Of a stretch of 64,000 bases of DNA, positions 63,714 to 64,000 are shown piece after piece. The notes beneath the pieces are model-generated. The model saw nothing but the letters and a program-made list of their open reading frames with translations. It made no database searches and had not been told where the DNA came from. The translations under genes and the position numbers were made by a program. Every line of letters begins with the position of its first letter. The first letter of the stretch is position 1. Origin of the DNA: Podarcis liolepis (Eukaryota). The stretch lies in assembly GCA_965112155.1 (NCBI GenBank), contig OZ218104.1. One strand, given 5' to 3'.

Positions 63714-64000
63714 CTGTCTATGTCTATGAAACACAGTCATCCTTCAAAATTTGCACTTCTCTGAATTTTGCAATGCAGTTCTTCAGCCAAGTAACGTGTT
63801 CAAAAATGCAAACTGCTGAGTTAAAACGTCTATGAAAATAGCACGCAGAATCGCAGTGTATTAGGAAACATTGCTTTGCAAATAATGTGTATATTAGGCA
63901 AAAGTGAATATCAAAATATGCATATTAGGAGAAATTCATACTGAAAAGCTGATGGATTTTCATGAGGGCTGAAAAACAGCAACAACAAAGAATTGCAAAG

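Overview
Repeat-rich, non-coding vertebrate DNA from a squamate, most likely a lacertid lizard. The evidence is Sauria SINEs, BovB/RTE, CR1, L1, L2 and Penelope fragments, tRNA-head/CR1-tail SINEs, and hAT and Tc1/mariner-pogo MITEs. I cannot support an intact protein-coding gene. The only recognisable host-gene sequence is a processed RPS15 pseudogene (5590-6098, minus strand). The window reads like a large intron or 5' region, with candidate regulatory elements and one candidate 20-nt exon. The main finding is that the apparent CpG-island promoter at about 14.0-16.2 kb lies inside a non-autonomous hAT transposon (14-bp TIRs, perfect 8-bp TSD). Its cargo is CpG-rich, promoter-like DNA (CCAAT, CRE-like palindrome, GC box, TATA), and a young L1 has since inserted into it, making it a candidate 'Pack-hAT'. 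Other notable structures are a twin-primed (5'-inverted) lizard L1, two insertions with unusually long (32-34 bp) target duplications, and Penelope-borne minimal hammerhead ribozymes. Coordinates were read by eye, and repeat family names come from motif recognition, not database searches.
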